The notes below the pieces were generated by a model. That model was not told the origin of the DNA and did no database searches. It worked only from the letters and a program-made list of their open reading frames with translations. A DNA stretch of 64,000 nt from Candidatus Heimdallarchaeota archaeon (GTDB lineage: Archaea; Asgardarchaeota; Heimdallarchaeia; Hodarchaeales; Hodarchaeaceae): assembly GCA_020353515.1 (NCBI GenBank), contig CP070695.1, positions 2,180,292 to 2,244,291 of the forward strand, read 5' to 3'. This document shows positions 48,834 through 58,892 of this stretch, in pieces. Both the position numbers and the translations under genes were made by a program. Numbering within the stretch: the first letter of the stretch is position 1; every line of letters begins with the position of its first letter.

Positions 48834-49352
48834 TTACCAACGAGTTCTTTCTCGATCTCGTGAACGGCTCCTATCTCTATCGCCTGAAAAACCACGGTCA
48901 CCACCTCGGTTATACCCACCATAGCTCCGTCCACGTGGTCTTCTTCTTCTACGAGTATCTTCATGAACTTCTTCTGATCGGTTGTTATCCATATCAACTG
49001 AATCTAGAGTAATTACTTCATCAGTATCTTCGAGATTACCCCACTTTCCTAGCGCTAGGCGCATATGTTCTTGGAAAACATTGACATATCCGTTCTTGAC
49101 AATATATGTGCTACCCTCTTCGACTTGATCAATCGTTTCATCCCAAAGGGTTAAAATAATCGTTCCAGTCGGATCCCCGATTTTGATATCTGCTAATCGA
49201 TGTTCCTCATTTGTTTTTCGAGACGTTATTGTACGTGATTCACCTTTTTCAATGACTACGAATGTGACTTGAAGTTTTCGGTCAAAAGGTGACAATTCAC
49301 TAATTTTCATTTCTTTTAATTCGATTTCAATTTCTTCTTGAGATTCGCTCAT
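48834..49352 (-). CDS. ssb: Single-stranded DNA-binding protein (single OB fold) with RGG/RS-rich tail
   Basis: IGDPTGTIILTLWD, IVKNGYVNVF, LALGKWG (crenarchaeal SSB/hSSB1-like). Likely start ATG 49352. Confidence 0.85.
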   Translation of the reverse strand: MSESQEEIEIELKEMKISELSPFDRKLQVTFVVIEKGESRTITSRKTNEEHRLADIKIGDPTGTIILTLWDETIDQVEEGSTYIVKNGYVNVFQEHMRLALGKWGNLEDTDEVITLDSVDMDNNRSEEVHEDTRRRRRPRGRSYGGYNRGGDRGFSGDRDRSRSRDRERTRW

Positions 49353-49659
49353 CTTTTTCACGTGTGTTTTCTTTTCACGATAGCTAATGCCACGCTTGAT
49401 AAGCACATAAAAACAGACTTAGGTAAAATCAGATATACTGAAGCATTCTCAAGCCCTTTGATGTGAAATAAAGCGTAAATCGTGCAAATTAGGTGCAAAA
49501 AAAAGAGAATTATTAACCTTTTTATTTTTAGGGAAAAAATCTATTATCGAATGGATATCTTATCAATTAGTTGTCATTCCTAATACTTGTTAATCATGGG
49601 CAACTAATCTTAAATATAACCAAATCCAAATTAAATTTAGGGTTTTTGAGAGAAAGACG

Positions 49660-50730
49660 ATGGTTGATTACGACGTTTTTGATAATCAAACAGTGTATTA
49701 CAAAAGTTCAGAGAATATGAGTGAAATTAAAGATAACTCAATAGATGTAATTGTATCTTCTCCTCCTTATAATCGAAATAAACTGTATTCTGATGATAGA
49801 GGAGGAATATACAATGATAAAAAACCACAGGAGGAATATTTTAGATTTTTAACAACAGTGTGGAGAGAGTGTTATCGAGTATTAAATCCAAGAGGAGTTT
49901 TCTTTTTGAATATCGGAGATGCAGCTCCAGATCAAGGTATTTCGGAGAATGTAGCTCAACTTGCTGTTAAAACTGGTTTTCATCGTCTACAAACAATAAT
50001 ATGGATTAAATCTTTTCTCGGTAAAGGCCATTTTACACCGAGTGGGGGATCAAGGCGCTTGAATAATCTTTGGGAGAGTATTTTCGTCCTTGTTAAAGAT
50101 AGAAAAAAGTATCACATTAACCCGAAGGCAATAGGAATTCCTTATGCTGATAAATCGAACATAGGAAGATATGCTAATGAGGATCTAAGAGATGCAGGGA
50201 ATGTCTGGTTAGTACCCTATTCAAAAACAACAGGTGCGACAATAAAGAAAGGCCACGAAGCTCCCTTCCCAGTAGAGTTACCTTACAAATGCATTAAGCT
50301 TGCAGAGGGGGAAACGGTTCTTGATCCATTTGTTGGGATAGGGAGTACCCTAGCAGCCTCGCGATTATTGAAAAAAAAGGGATTTGGTTATGAAAAGTTC
50401 CCTCGAAAGGAACTCATTAAAAAAAGAATATTAGAAGGTTCATTTAAAGAAACACCTTCAATTCTTCTTCCTCACTTAGAACTAGCTATTAATATCTTAT
50501 CACGCTACAGTAGTATCATTGAATACAGTCAGCTCCATGATGAAGAATTTTTTAAGTTTTCTCATAAAGAAAAAATTCAATTAAATATCTTAAAAGATAC
50601 ATTAAACCAATTAAATCTTCGAATTCCTTTTTTGGAGGAATATTTCCTTCAATGGGATCACAATCGAGAGAAATTAAAAAGCAAGAAAAGGATTGAAGTA
50701 CTAACTAAGTTTCTAGATGAGTCAAAATGA
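49660..50730 (+). CDS. DNA methyltransferase (N4C/N6A, beta class)
   Basis: SIDVIVSSPPY precedes HEAPFP and VLDPFVGIGST. Confidence 0.9.
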   Translation: MVDYDVFDNQTVYYKSSENMSEIKDNSIDVIVSSPPYNRNKLYSDDRGGIYNDKKPQEEYFRFLTTVWRECYRVLNPRGVFFLNIGDAAPDQGISENVAQLAVKTGFHRLQTIIWIKSFLGKGHFTPSGGSRRLNNLWESIFVLVKDRKKYHINPKAIGIPYADKSNIGRYANEDLRDAGNVWLVPYSKTTGATIKKGHEAPFPVELPYKCIKLAEGETVLDPFVGIGSTLAASRLLKKKGFGYEKFPRKELIKKRILEGSFKETPSILLPHLELAINILSRYSSIIEYSQLHDEEFFKFSHKEKIQLNILKDTLNQLNLRIPFLEEYFLQWDHNREKLKSKKRIEVLTKFLDESK

Positions 50731-50755
50731 TATTTTTTTCTCATTATTACTATAA

Positions 50756-52219
50756 TTGACAGTAGGAGTCAGTTTTTCTGTGGAACAGACAGTTCAAGTA
50801 AGAAATTACGCTTTCAAACAGAAATTAAAGGATATAATTCCTCCAACAAATTATTTAACTCACAATCTTTACTCATATCCCGCGAAATTTATCCCACATG
50901 TTCCTTATTATGTTATATCGAGGTTCTTGAAAAAAGATAACTGTATCGTTTTAGATCCTTTTGCAGGAAGTAGTTCTACCGCAATAGAAGCACTACATTT
51001 AGGTCATAACTCAATTTGTATTGACATTAATCCTCTCACTAATTTTCTTACAAAAGTAAAAACACAAAGAATTACTTTTAAACTCGCTCAACAAACTCCA
51101 TTAAAACTAGATCCCTTTCTTGATACTAATATTGACAAATTAAGCAATGAAGAAATTGAAATTATCCACCTGAATAAAATACAACAACAAATAAGTAAAT
51201 GTGATGAAAAATTCTATCCTAGGTGGAAAAATATCGATCATTGGTATCCTACGGAGTTTAAACATTATCTGGCGCAGATCTGGGGGTTTATCTATTCTAT
51301 AGAAGATCGATATCCTGAAGACTTCATGAATCTATTAAAATTAACTTCCTTATATATTTCTCGTTACTTATCTTATGCTGCACGTGATGTACCTAAATTA
51401 TTCAGATCTAAACGGAGAATAATACAAGTAGAAGAACTTCGTAAAAAAATAAAATCTGATCCCAATATTCCTTATGATACTTTCCGTAGAACCCTCATAA
51501 AGTACTTCAATCAAATGATGGCACTGACTAAAGTCCTTGAAAAGAAAAATATTAGCCCTGATTATGACGAAAAGATATTAAAAGATAATATACGATGTAA
51601 TCAGACTAATAAGAGAAAAATTATCTGTCTAGGCGATACAGACGTCTTATCCCTCAGACTTCCCTTGGATGAAGAGTTTATTGATTTGGTTATTACTTCT
51701 CCTCCCTATATTTATGCTCAAGAGTATATAAGGTCTACAAAACTAGATCTATATTGGCTAAACTTAGTTGATGATAATCGCGTAAGGGAACTAACGAAAA
51801 AGGAATTAGGTACAAAAAAAAGCACTGATATTGAATTGATCAAAAATAAACTTAGAAATATTAATTCTTTTAATTCAACTATGAAGATCCTTGAAAAACG
51901 GGAAAAAGCAAAATATGGAATGAATGGAAAATATACTCCACTAACCTATAATTATTTCTATGACATGTTTTTGATTATTGAATCAATAAACCGCTACTTA
52001 AAGCGAAAAGGAATTTTTGGTTTGTTTATTGGAAATCCAACTGTCTTAGGGTACCAGGTTCCGTGTCATAGAATTTTTTATGAGATATTCATAGATTTGG
52101 GATTAACTATCAAGGAATTTGGTTATGACGAGATAGTCTCACCTCGTTTATTAAAGGGACGACAGAATTTATCTCCTTATGGTATGAAAGCTGAATGGTT
52201 AATAATTGGTCAAAAATAA
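50756..52219 (+). CDS. DNA methyltransferase (N4-cytosine-like, alpha order)
   Basis: THNLYSYPAKFIP, VLDPFAGSSST, later DLVITSPPY. Confidence 0.88.
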   Translation: MTVGVSFSVEQTVQVRNYAFKQKLKDIIPPTNYLTHNLYSYPAKFIPHVPYYVISRFLKKDNCIVLDPFAGSSSTAIEALHLGHNSICIDINPLTNFLTKVKTQRITFKLAQQTPLKLDPFLDTNIDKLSNEEIEIIHLNKIQQQISKCDEKFYPRWKNIDHWYPTEFKHYLAQIWGFIYSIEDRYPEDFMNLLKLTSLYISRYLSYAARDVPKLFRSKRRIIQVEELRKKIKSDPNIPYDTFRRTLIKYFNQMMALTKVLEKKNISPDYDEKILKDNIRCNQTNKRKIICLGDTDVLSLRLPLDEEFIDLVITSPPYIYAQEYIRSTKLDLYWLNLVDDNRVRELTKKELGTKKSTDIELIKNKLRNINSFNSTMKILEKREKAKYGMNGKYTPLTYNYFYDMFLIIESINRYLKRKGIFGLFIGNPTVLGYQVPCHRIFYEIFIDLGLTIKEFGYDEIVSPRLLKGRQNLSPYGMKAEWLIIGQK

Positions 52220-52239
52220 CTGATTCTGTATCTAAAGGC

Positions 52240-53526
52240 TTAGGGGGAAATTAAATTCTTCTCTACCGCAAAAGATAGCCTTTTTTGAAATAAAAGGGTT
52301 ACAAAAAAAGAAACCATGATTAGTAATAACATGAAAGTGAAACCTGCAACAGGTGATTGAAAAATATCTAACAATGCCCCAAAAATAGTGGGAGAAGTAG
52401 AACTAACTACCAATCCTAACGAAAATACAATGGAATAAAAAAATGTTCTACTTTCTTGTGGGACAATATCGCTCATCAACGCTTGAAGAGTTCCACCACC
52501 AAGATAGAAACATATGGCGAATAATGAGAATCCAAAGAGGACTGCCCAGATCTCTGGGAAGCTTTCTGTAAGAAAAATGAGCGATATAATTGCAAAACTA
52601 GTGCCAACAGCAGAAACTAAAATTATTCTTACTCGTCCATAGGCCCCAGATTTATCACTGATATATGCTCCATAGATATCGCTCCCAGAACCCAGTAATA
52701 AAATAAAACTGGTCAGGATTCCAGCTGTAAAGGATTCAACCCCATAGAAGTCTCTTAGGAGAGTCACAGTGAAGTAACTTATTAATCGGTACACTCCTCC
52801 ACGAAGAGCACTGATAGTTATTATAACCCCTAATGTAATAAAAATCCAATTTTTGTATTCTAATTTTGAAGTATTATCTATAGTATCTTCTTGTACTTCA
52901 AGATTGTTATTCTGTATCAGGGAAGTATATCTAGGTATTAATTTCTGTATGAATACCCAACTAGCCATAAGAACCAGAAGTACGAGACAGATAAGTCCGA
53001 ATAAGATGAAGGTTTGCCTCCAATCACTCAAGATATATATAGCAAGCCCAAGTGTCCCAAGGGGGGCTAGGGCGGTGCCAGTGACGCCCGCTGCATGGTT
53101 AACAGCCATTGCTTTCCCTCTATTCTCCCCTGTAAAAGAATTTGCAGCAACTCCAAGACCCACTGGATGAAATGTAGTGCAACCAAGTCCTAAGAGTATA
53201 TTTCCAAATAAAAGATGGATATAACTTTCAGAAATGGCAATCATGAAACTAGAAAATGCAAACAAAAAAATCCCGAGTAAGACGATAATAAAACCCAATC
53301 GAGCATTTTTGCTGATATAACCGATCATTGGGGAAGTTATAGCCATGATCAGGATAGGTAACGATCCGAGAATGCCGATTTCCAAGTAATTCATTGTGAT
53401 TTCTTGTGAAATAAGTATAATCATTGCAGGAAAGGCGTAAAGTTCGACATGATGGATGAAATGCGCAAACGACATGAAAGAGAGTAGCTGAAGGCGTACT
53501 GATGACATGAATAAAAACAGACTCAC
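52240..53526 (-). CDS. MFS transporter
   Basis: About 12 TM segments; FHP...RGKAMAV motif. Confidence 0.85.
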   Translation of the reverse strand: MSLFLFMSSVRLQLLSFMSFAHFIHHVELYAFPAMIILISQEITMNYLEIGILGSLPILIMAITSPMIGYISKNARLGFIIVLLGIFLFAFSSFMIAISESYIHLLFGNILLGLGCTTFHPVGLGVAANSFTGENRGKAMAVNHAAGVTGTALAPLGTLGLAIYILSDWRQTFILFGLICLVLLVLMASWVFIQKLIPRYTSLIQNNNLEVQEDTIDNTSKLEYKNWIFITLGVIITISALRGGVYRLISYFTVTLLRDFYGVESFTAGILTSFILLLGSGSDIYGAYISDKSGAYGRVRIILVSAVGTSFAIISLIFLTESFPEIWAVLFGFSLFAICFYLGGGTLQALMSDIVPQESRTFFYSIVFSLGLVVSSTSPTIFGALLDIFQSPVAGFTFMLLLIMVSFFVTLLFQKRLSFAVEKNLISP

Positions 53527-53552
53527 AGGGTCTAAAAATTTTATTTAATAAT

Positions 53553-54953
53553 CTAACTTTCCCTAATTTTCGACGGAAAAAGTAAGGAGAATTGGAGGCC
53601 TTCTTTTGGTAAGATGTCGGTTACTGTTAATTTTCCACCTATTTCCCTGAGTAATACATCACTAAGATAGATATCCATTAGGAATTTTGATGAATCAGGT
53701 GGATCTGGAGTCTTAAGAAATGTTCTTCCATCATCAGTAATAATAATTGATAGTTGATTATCAGAAGTTGGTTTTACATCAATAACTATTTCTTGACAAG
53801 ATCGTGTTATTGAATTTTGGATAATCTGTTCAACTGCAATAGTTAAAATTCTGGGACATTCGTAGAGATATGACTGTTCAAGCTGTAGGTTGAACTTTAC
53901 TCGACAGTCTTTAGAAGAAACAACAGGAGTTATTATTTTATTTATCTCTGCCATTAATTCAGGAATAGAAACATGCAAAAGTGGGGATTTAATGATTGAG
54001 TTTATTTGTCTCAATTCTGTTATTTGATTATTGAATCGGATTACTTTTTCAATTATTTTCACTAATTTCTCTATTCTTTCGTGTTGTTCAGGTAGAGAGC
54101 TTTTAATGATATCTAGCCAACCCTGTGTGAGAAGTAATTGCTCTGAACTCTCTGCTATCATCATTCTGAGTAATGCTCCTTGATCATCTGCTATTTTTTG
54201 GATTCCTAGATAGCGATCAGTGATGTCAATACATATCATAATTGAACCTGTATAACCAGATTGAGAATCAAAGAGCGGTGCTGCAGAAATTAAAAATATT
54301 CTATCACGTCCGATCTTTGATATCATTTTCACTTCAATTTGTCTTGCTGATTCTTCTCTACCTCTAATTTGAGCTTTGATTGCTTGAAATCCGTCAGTAT
54401 AGGTAATCTTTGAGAAATTCTTGTTCATTAGTTCAGCTTTAGTATATCCTAATGAACGACAAATAATAGGATTTACAAAAGCAATATTCTCTTGTTTATC
54501 TAAGATAAGAAGGCCTTCGCGTAAATTTTCTACAAAAGCCCTATATCTCGCCTCTGATTCCTGTAATCGTTTTAAGAAATTATGTTGTTCGGTTATTTCT
54601 CGAATTAAGCCAAGAATGATATTGTAGCGTTGTATGTCTAGAATGGTAAAATCAAGTAAAATTATATTTTTTCCCCGTAGAAAGGCCCGAACTTCTCCTT
54701 GAAAATAGCCACTCTGCTGAAATGTTGTTAAGGGAGATTGAATATCCATAGGAAGAAGTAGATCCCAATAGACTTTACCATGAAGATCTTTAATTGATGT
54801 GTACCCATGAATCTGAGCGAAAATGTCATTACCAGTAATAATTTTTGCTGTATTACGATCTAGGACGAATACCCCAGAGGAGGAAACGTTAACGATGACT
54901 TGGTCTATGAAATCTATTATCTGCTCTTGGGGGTATAAATCGTTCCGACCCAA
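53553..54953 (-). CDS. PAS-PAS histidine-kinase-like protein with a degenerate kinase core
   Basis: Two PAS domains (SEARYRAFVE, DITDR); EQIIQNS and ITDDG retained; no H-box His and no G2 box. Confidence 0.8.
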   Translation of the reverse strand: MGRNDLYPQEQIIDFIDQVIVNVSSSGVFVLDRNTAKIITGNDIFAQIHGYTSIKDLHGKVYWDLLLPMDIQSPLTTFQQSGYFQGEVRAFLRGKNIILLDFTILDIQRYNIILGLIREITEQHNFLKRLQESEARYRAFVENLREGLLILDKQENIAFVNPIICRSLGYTKAELMNKNFSKITYTDGFQAIKAQIRGREESARQIEVKMISKIGRDRIFLISAAPLFDSQSGYTGSIMICIDITDRYLGIQKIADDQGALLRMMIAESSEQLLLTQGWLDIIKSSLPEQHERIEKLVKIIEKVIRFNNQITELRQINSIIKSPLLHVSIPELMAEINKIITPVVSSKDCRVKFNLQLEQSYLYECPRILTIAVEQIIQNSITRSCQEIVIDVKPTSDNQLSIIITDDGRTFLKTPDPPDSSKFLMDIYLSDVLLREIGGKLTVTDILPKEGLQFSLLFPSKIRES

Positions 54954-55075
54954 AGTAATTCCCTTGCTGGGTCAATTCTTGATTGAGTAGTTCAGAATAT
55001 CGTACTGTTTAAAGGTAAGATTAAAACAATCCACCTTTATACTGAAATCTTGGCCATTACGCGTACAAAAGGTTA

Positions 55076-55131
55076 TCTAGAGAATATTTCCGGATATAAA
55101 CGTTCTAGAGAATCTGTCCGCAGATAATGTT
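55076..55131. repeat. Imperfect 28-bp tandem repeat in a divergent promoter region
   Basis: TCTAGAGAATatttCCGgatATAAacgt / TCTAGAGAATctgtCCGcagATAAtgtt. Confidence 0.55.
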
Positions 55132-55281
55132 GAAAATCTTCATAATTCGAAACTAATTTCCTTTCTCAATAGAAATTTACTGCAGAAATCACTTTAAAAT
55201 TTAAAATATTAGAAGAGTTCGCTTATAAACAATTTTATTAACATTAATTCAAAACACTGAGAGAATAATAACTGAACACGA

Positions 55282-56553
55282 GTGAATGGGTTGAAAGTAG
55301 AAAATAAAATCATCTTTTGGGCAAGTATAGGTCACTTTTGTAATCATATTGGTAATTATCTAACACCTGCACTCTTAATTTATCTTCAAACAGACATCCC
55401 CCTAACACAAACGGAACGAGGTCTCCTAGGTTCCATTCCAATGATTCTATTAGTACTCCTTTCTTCTCTAGTGGGTTGGCTAGGGGATAGATATCCGAAA
55501 TGGAAGAAACATATGATTTGGTTTGGAATATTAGGTATTGGATTCTTTGGAATTTTGATGTCTTATGCAAATTCATTCTTCGATCTAGCAATTGCTACAG
55601 TAGTGCTAGGTTTTGCACTTTCTACTTACCATCCACTGGCTTTCACTTTTATCAATACGATGGACAATAAAGATCGGAATATGGGAATAAATGCTGTATC
55701 AGGGAATTTTGGGAGTGCGATTACTCCTTTTATTGCAATGATCTTCGCTATTTTTTGGGGATGGAGAATGGCTTTCCTAGGTTTTTCTCTCTTCCAGATT
55801 TTGATTGGTTTCTCTTTCGCTGTTATCTTCCCGAACGATCAAAAGACTCATTCTAGCCTGAATGATTATACTCAAAAAGAACACAAAGACGAAGTTCCAT
55901 TTACAGAATCCAATTTTTTCATTTTATCCATTTTACTGGTTCTGATTTCAGCAGCTCGAGCTCCTGTTTTCCGCTGTATTTCTTATTTCACAACAGTGGT
56001 CTTTAAAGATGCCTTTTTATTCACTAATATTGAATCATCAATACTTTCCGCCTTAATTTTAGGAGTTGGAGCCTTTGCAACCTTTCTAATGGGAACAATA
56101 AACAATAGGAAGGCAATTAAAGGAGTAGGGAGAGACGAACGCGTCAATTTCAGGATAAACTCGATTCTTCTCTCCAATGGTGCTGCAGCATTGCTGCTTA
56201 TTTTACTAGTCATTCTCCCAATGTCAAGTACATTGCCTATATTGTTTGTATATATTTTCCTCTCATTTTTTTTCTTCCTTGGTGCTGCAATTTTACCTAC
56301 CATTTTGAGTGAGGTCACAGGTCCATCTCATGGAATGGCTAGTTCAATGGGGCTCCTTTTTACTGGTGCAACATTAACAGGAGCTGTTGCTCCTACAGTT
56401 TTTGGTTTTCTTGCCGATGAACTAGGATTTGAGGCAAGCTTCCTCTTCTTAGGTAGTGTTGCTTTGTTATGTTTAATCCTGATTATTCTGTTTAAATTCG
56501 TCTATCGGGCAATTACTAAGCGGAATGATATTAACCACTCCTTAGCTGAATAA
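55282..56553 (+). CDS. MFS transporter
   Basis: About 12 TM segments; GWLGDRY, YHP, FGFLADELG; related to 52240..53526. Confidence 0.85.
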   Translation: MNGLKVENKIIFWASIGHFCNHIGNYLTPALLIYLQTDIPLTQTERGLLGSIPMILLVLLSSLVGWLGDRYPKWKKHMIWFGILGIGFFGILMSYANSFFDLAIATVVLGFALSTYHPLAFTFINTMDNKDRNMGINAVSGNFGSAITPFIAMIFAIFWGWRMAFLGFSLFQILIGFSFAVIFPNDQKTHSSLNDYTQKEHKDEVPFTESNFFILSILLVLISAARAPVFRCISYFTTVVFKDAFLFTNIESSILSALILGVGAFATFLMGTINNRKAIKGVGRDERVNFRINSILLSNGAAALLLILLVILPMSSTLPILFVYIFLSFFFFLGAAILPTILSEVTGPSHGMASSMGLLFTGATLTGAVAPTVFGFLADELGFEASFLFLGSVALLCLILIILFKFVYRAITKRNDINHSLAE

Positions 56554-56565
56554 TTATTGACTTGC

Positions 56566-57789
56566 TTAAAATCCTGTAGGAATTGAGGTTATTTTTTCAA
56601 GTTCTGCTTTAATTTCGGGTCTCAAGCCTTCAATATCTATACTCAAAAAACCTCTCACGATTAAATCAGTTGCCTCTTCTTCCGTCATCCCCCGAGCCAT
56701 GAGGTAGTTAAGCTGATCCTCACCAATACGCCCAATAGAAGCCTCATGTGACATTTCAAGATCAGGTCTGTCGGCTAGAAGTTCAGGAATGGCATGGATT
56801 ATCCCTCTCTTAGCTAGAATAAGTCCATTACATTCTAAATGCGCCTTAATTTCAGATGCTTGACCATCAAGGATCCCGCGAGCAATGATTGTTCCGCCTA
56901 TAGTGGCAGCACGCGAAATAACTTCTGCACGAGAACGATCACCTTGAAGCACAACACGCCCTCCAACATCCATAGTAGAGCCAGGATGACCATATAAGAT
57001 GCTGTTGTACCGTGCTATCGCATCAGCTTCTAAAATAGTTGTTGGGAAAAGCTGTAAGGATCTAACAGGATCCATCGCGATGTAATTACTCGTGAAATTC
57101 CCTCCTTCTCCTACAGTGGTGACTGAACGAGGTCTCACATCAAAATTTTCAGCCCAGTTATGTATCATTGTGAATGCAAGAGAAGCATTTTCTTTAACAT
57201 AGAATTCAGAAACACCAATATGCATTCCTGCTTTAGCACTGGTAGCACATCCCGTAATAATGTGGATATCACTTTTTTCTTCAGCTATCACAATGTTATG
57301 AACATTTTGAGCTCCAAAGTTGCGAGAGATAAAAAGACAAGATTGTAAAGGATAAGTTATTTTTGCTCCTGCTTTTGCTCGAATAAAATAACCACGAGTA
57401 CGATGCAGCTCTGTTTCCGCTGTATACTTATCGGTATCAACAGGTACATTTTTCCACCAATAGTCTTGTAACCAATCCCCATATTCCTCCCAAGCGACAT
57501 CGATTGGTAGAACTTCTACTCCAGGATCCTTACTTTTGTGACAAATAGCATCAAAATCGTACTGTAAGTAGCTTCCTGATGTTCTTGAATCACTATCTGA
57601 AAATCCTGCTTTTCGTAACAGATTAATTTCTTGTCGTGAGCTAAGTTCTGAAGGATTGTCAATAGATTCGTGAATGTTAACTTCTGGAAGCTTAAACTGA
57701 TTTAAGTCGATATCTACTCCATATTTTGCTTTTTTTGAAGTAGCTTGACGTGCTCGATCCTCAAGCCTATCGTCAGATATTTTTTCCAT
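56566..57789 (-). CDS. sufB: Fe-S cluster assembly protein SufB/SufD-like (SmsB)
   Basis: PLQSC, QNVHN, HIITGC, HLECNGL, HAIPEL, MSHEASIG, YLMARG. Likely start ATG 57789. Confidence 0.9.
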   Translation of the reverse strand: MEKISDDRLEDRARQATSKKAKYGVDIDLNQFKLPEVNIHESIDNPSELSSRQEINLLRKAGFSDSDSRTSGSYLQYDFDAICHKSKDPGVEVLPIDVAWEEYGDWLQDYWWKNVPVDTDKYTAETELHRTRGYFIRAKAGAKITYPLQSCLFISRNFGAQNVHNIVIAEEKSDIHIITGCATSAKAGMHIGVSEFYVKENASLAFTMIHNWAENFDVRPRSVTTVGEGGNFTSNYIAMDPVRSLQLFPTTILEADAIARYNSILYGHPGSTMDVGGRVVLQGDRSRAEVISRAATIGGTIIARGILDGQASEIKAHLECNGLILAKRGIIHAIPELLADRPDLEMSHEASIGRIGEDQLNYLMARGMTEEEATDLIVRGFLSIDIEGLRPEIKAELEKITSIPTGF

Positions 57790-57796
57790 TTTCAAC

Positions 57797-58594
57797 TCAC
57801 CCACCCACAAGTTTAAGCTGAAGCTGATCATCTAAACGTTCGTGACAACGGATACACTCGGGATATCCTAAATTTCTGATATCTTCCAATAACCGGGAAG
57901 GAGTTCCAGTACAACCAATATGTCCTTGACACATTACATGGGCTTTGTCAGTATGAATGTAATCCAAGATGTGACCTGTGTGCGTAATTACAAGTCCTGC
58001 CTTCTTTTTTAACCATGGTTGCGATGGTTGTCGGGGACCCGTACCCAACAAAGCATTTGTCATTTTCCCAATTAACTTCATAGCTTGAATGTCAACGCCT
58101 GACTCTGGTTCATCAAGAAGAAGGAAATCCGGATCTTGAAGAAGTAATTGTAACAATTCTGATCGTTTAATTTCTCCTCCTGAAAAGTGAACATTTAGAT
58201 CACGCTCAAGAAAATCTCGCATTTCAAGTTCTTTTGCCCTTCTCCCTATTTCTGCAGTCGTTTCGTTTTGACTTTTTACAAGGAATTCTGCTACTTTGTT
58301 TAATTTCAATCCAGGGACATTAGGGGGCCTCTGGAAAGAGATACCAATTCCCATCTTCGCTCGTTCTGTGATCGATTTACCTGTGATGTTAATTCCTTTA
58401 AATAGAATTGAACCTTGGACAACATGGTACTGGGGAAAACCCATAATGGTCTGAATCAATGTGGACTTCCCTGAACCATTTGGTCCGAAAAGAACATGGA
58501 TTTCACCCTCAGGTACACTTAAGTTTAAATTCCTAAGTATGACCTTTCCAGGCTCTTCTTTTACTTCAACAGTCAGATTCTGAATTCTCAACAT
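57797..58594 (-). CDS. sufC: Fe-S cluster assembly ATPase SufC (SmsC)
   Basis: GPNGSGKST, FSGGEIKRSE, LLDEPESGVD, ITHTGHIL, C-terminal CxxC (ECIRC). Confidence 0.92.
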   Translation of the reverse strand: MLRIQNLTVEVKEEPGKVILRNLNLSVPEGEIHVLFGPNGSGKSTLIQTIMGFPQYHVVQGSILFKGINITGKSITERAKMGIGISFQRPPNVPGLKLNKVAEFLVKSQNETTAEIGRRAKELEMRDFLERDLNVHFSGGEIKRSELLQLLLQDPDFLLLDEPESGVDIQAMKLIGKMTNALLGTGPRQPSQPWLKKKAGLVITHTGHILDYIHTDKAHVMCQGHIGCTGTPSRLLEDIRNLGYPECIRCHERLDDQLQLKLVGG

Positions 58595-58892
58595 TAATAT
58601 TCACTTCATTCAAAAATGAATGTCTTGTTCTATTCATACCGAAGTTCCATAAGTATAATCTTGACAAATATTTCGAATAATGCAGTATCATTCTAAGAAT
58701 TAAAAATTCTTCAGTGAACTTCAATTTTTATCGTCGGTAAGTAAATTCCAACTAAGAACACTAGGTGAGGCTTACGAAATTTCAATACTGACTCGAAATT
58801 CGAAGAGATTGACGAGGTAGATTCTTATAGATGAAATTTATAATAGGTCAACTAAATGATTCCACCTTCTCTTGGAGGTGACATAAATTTCC

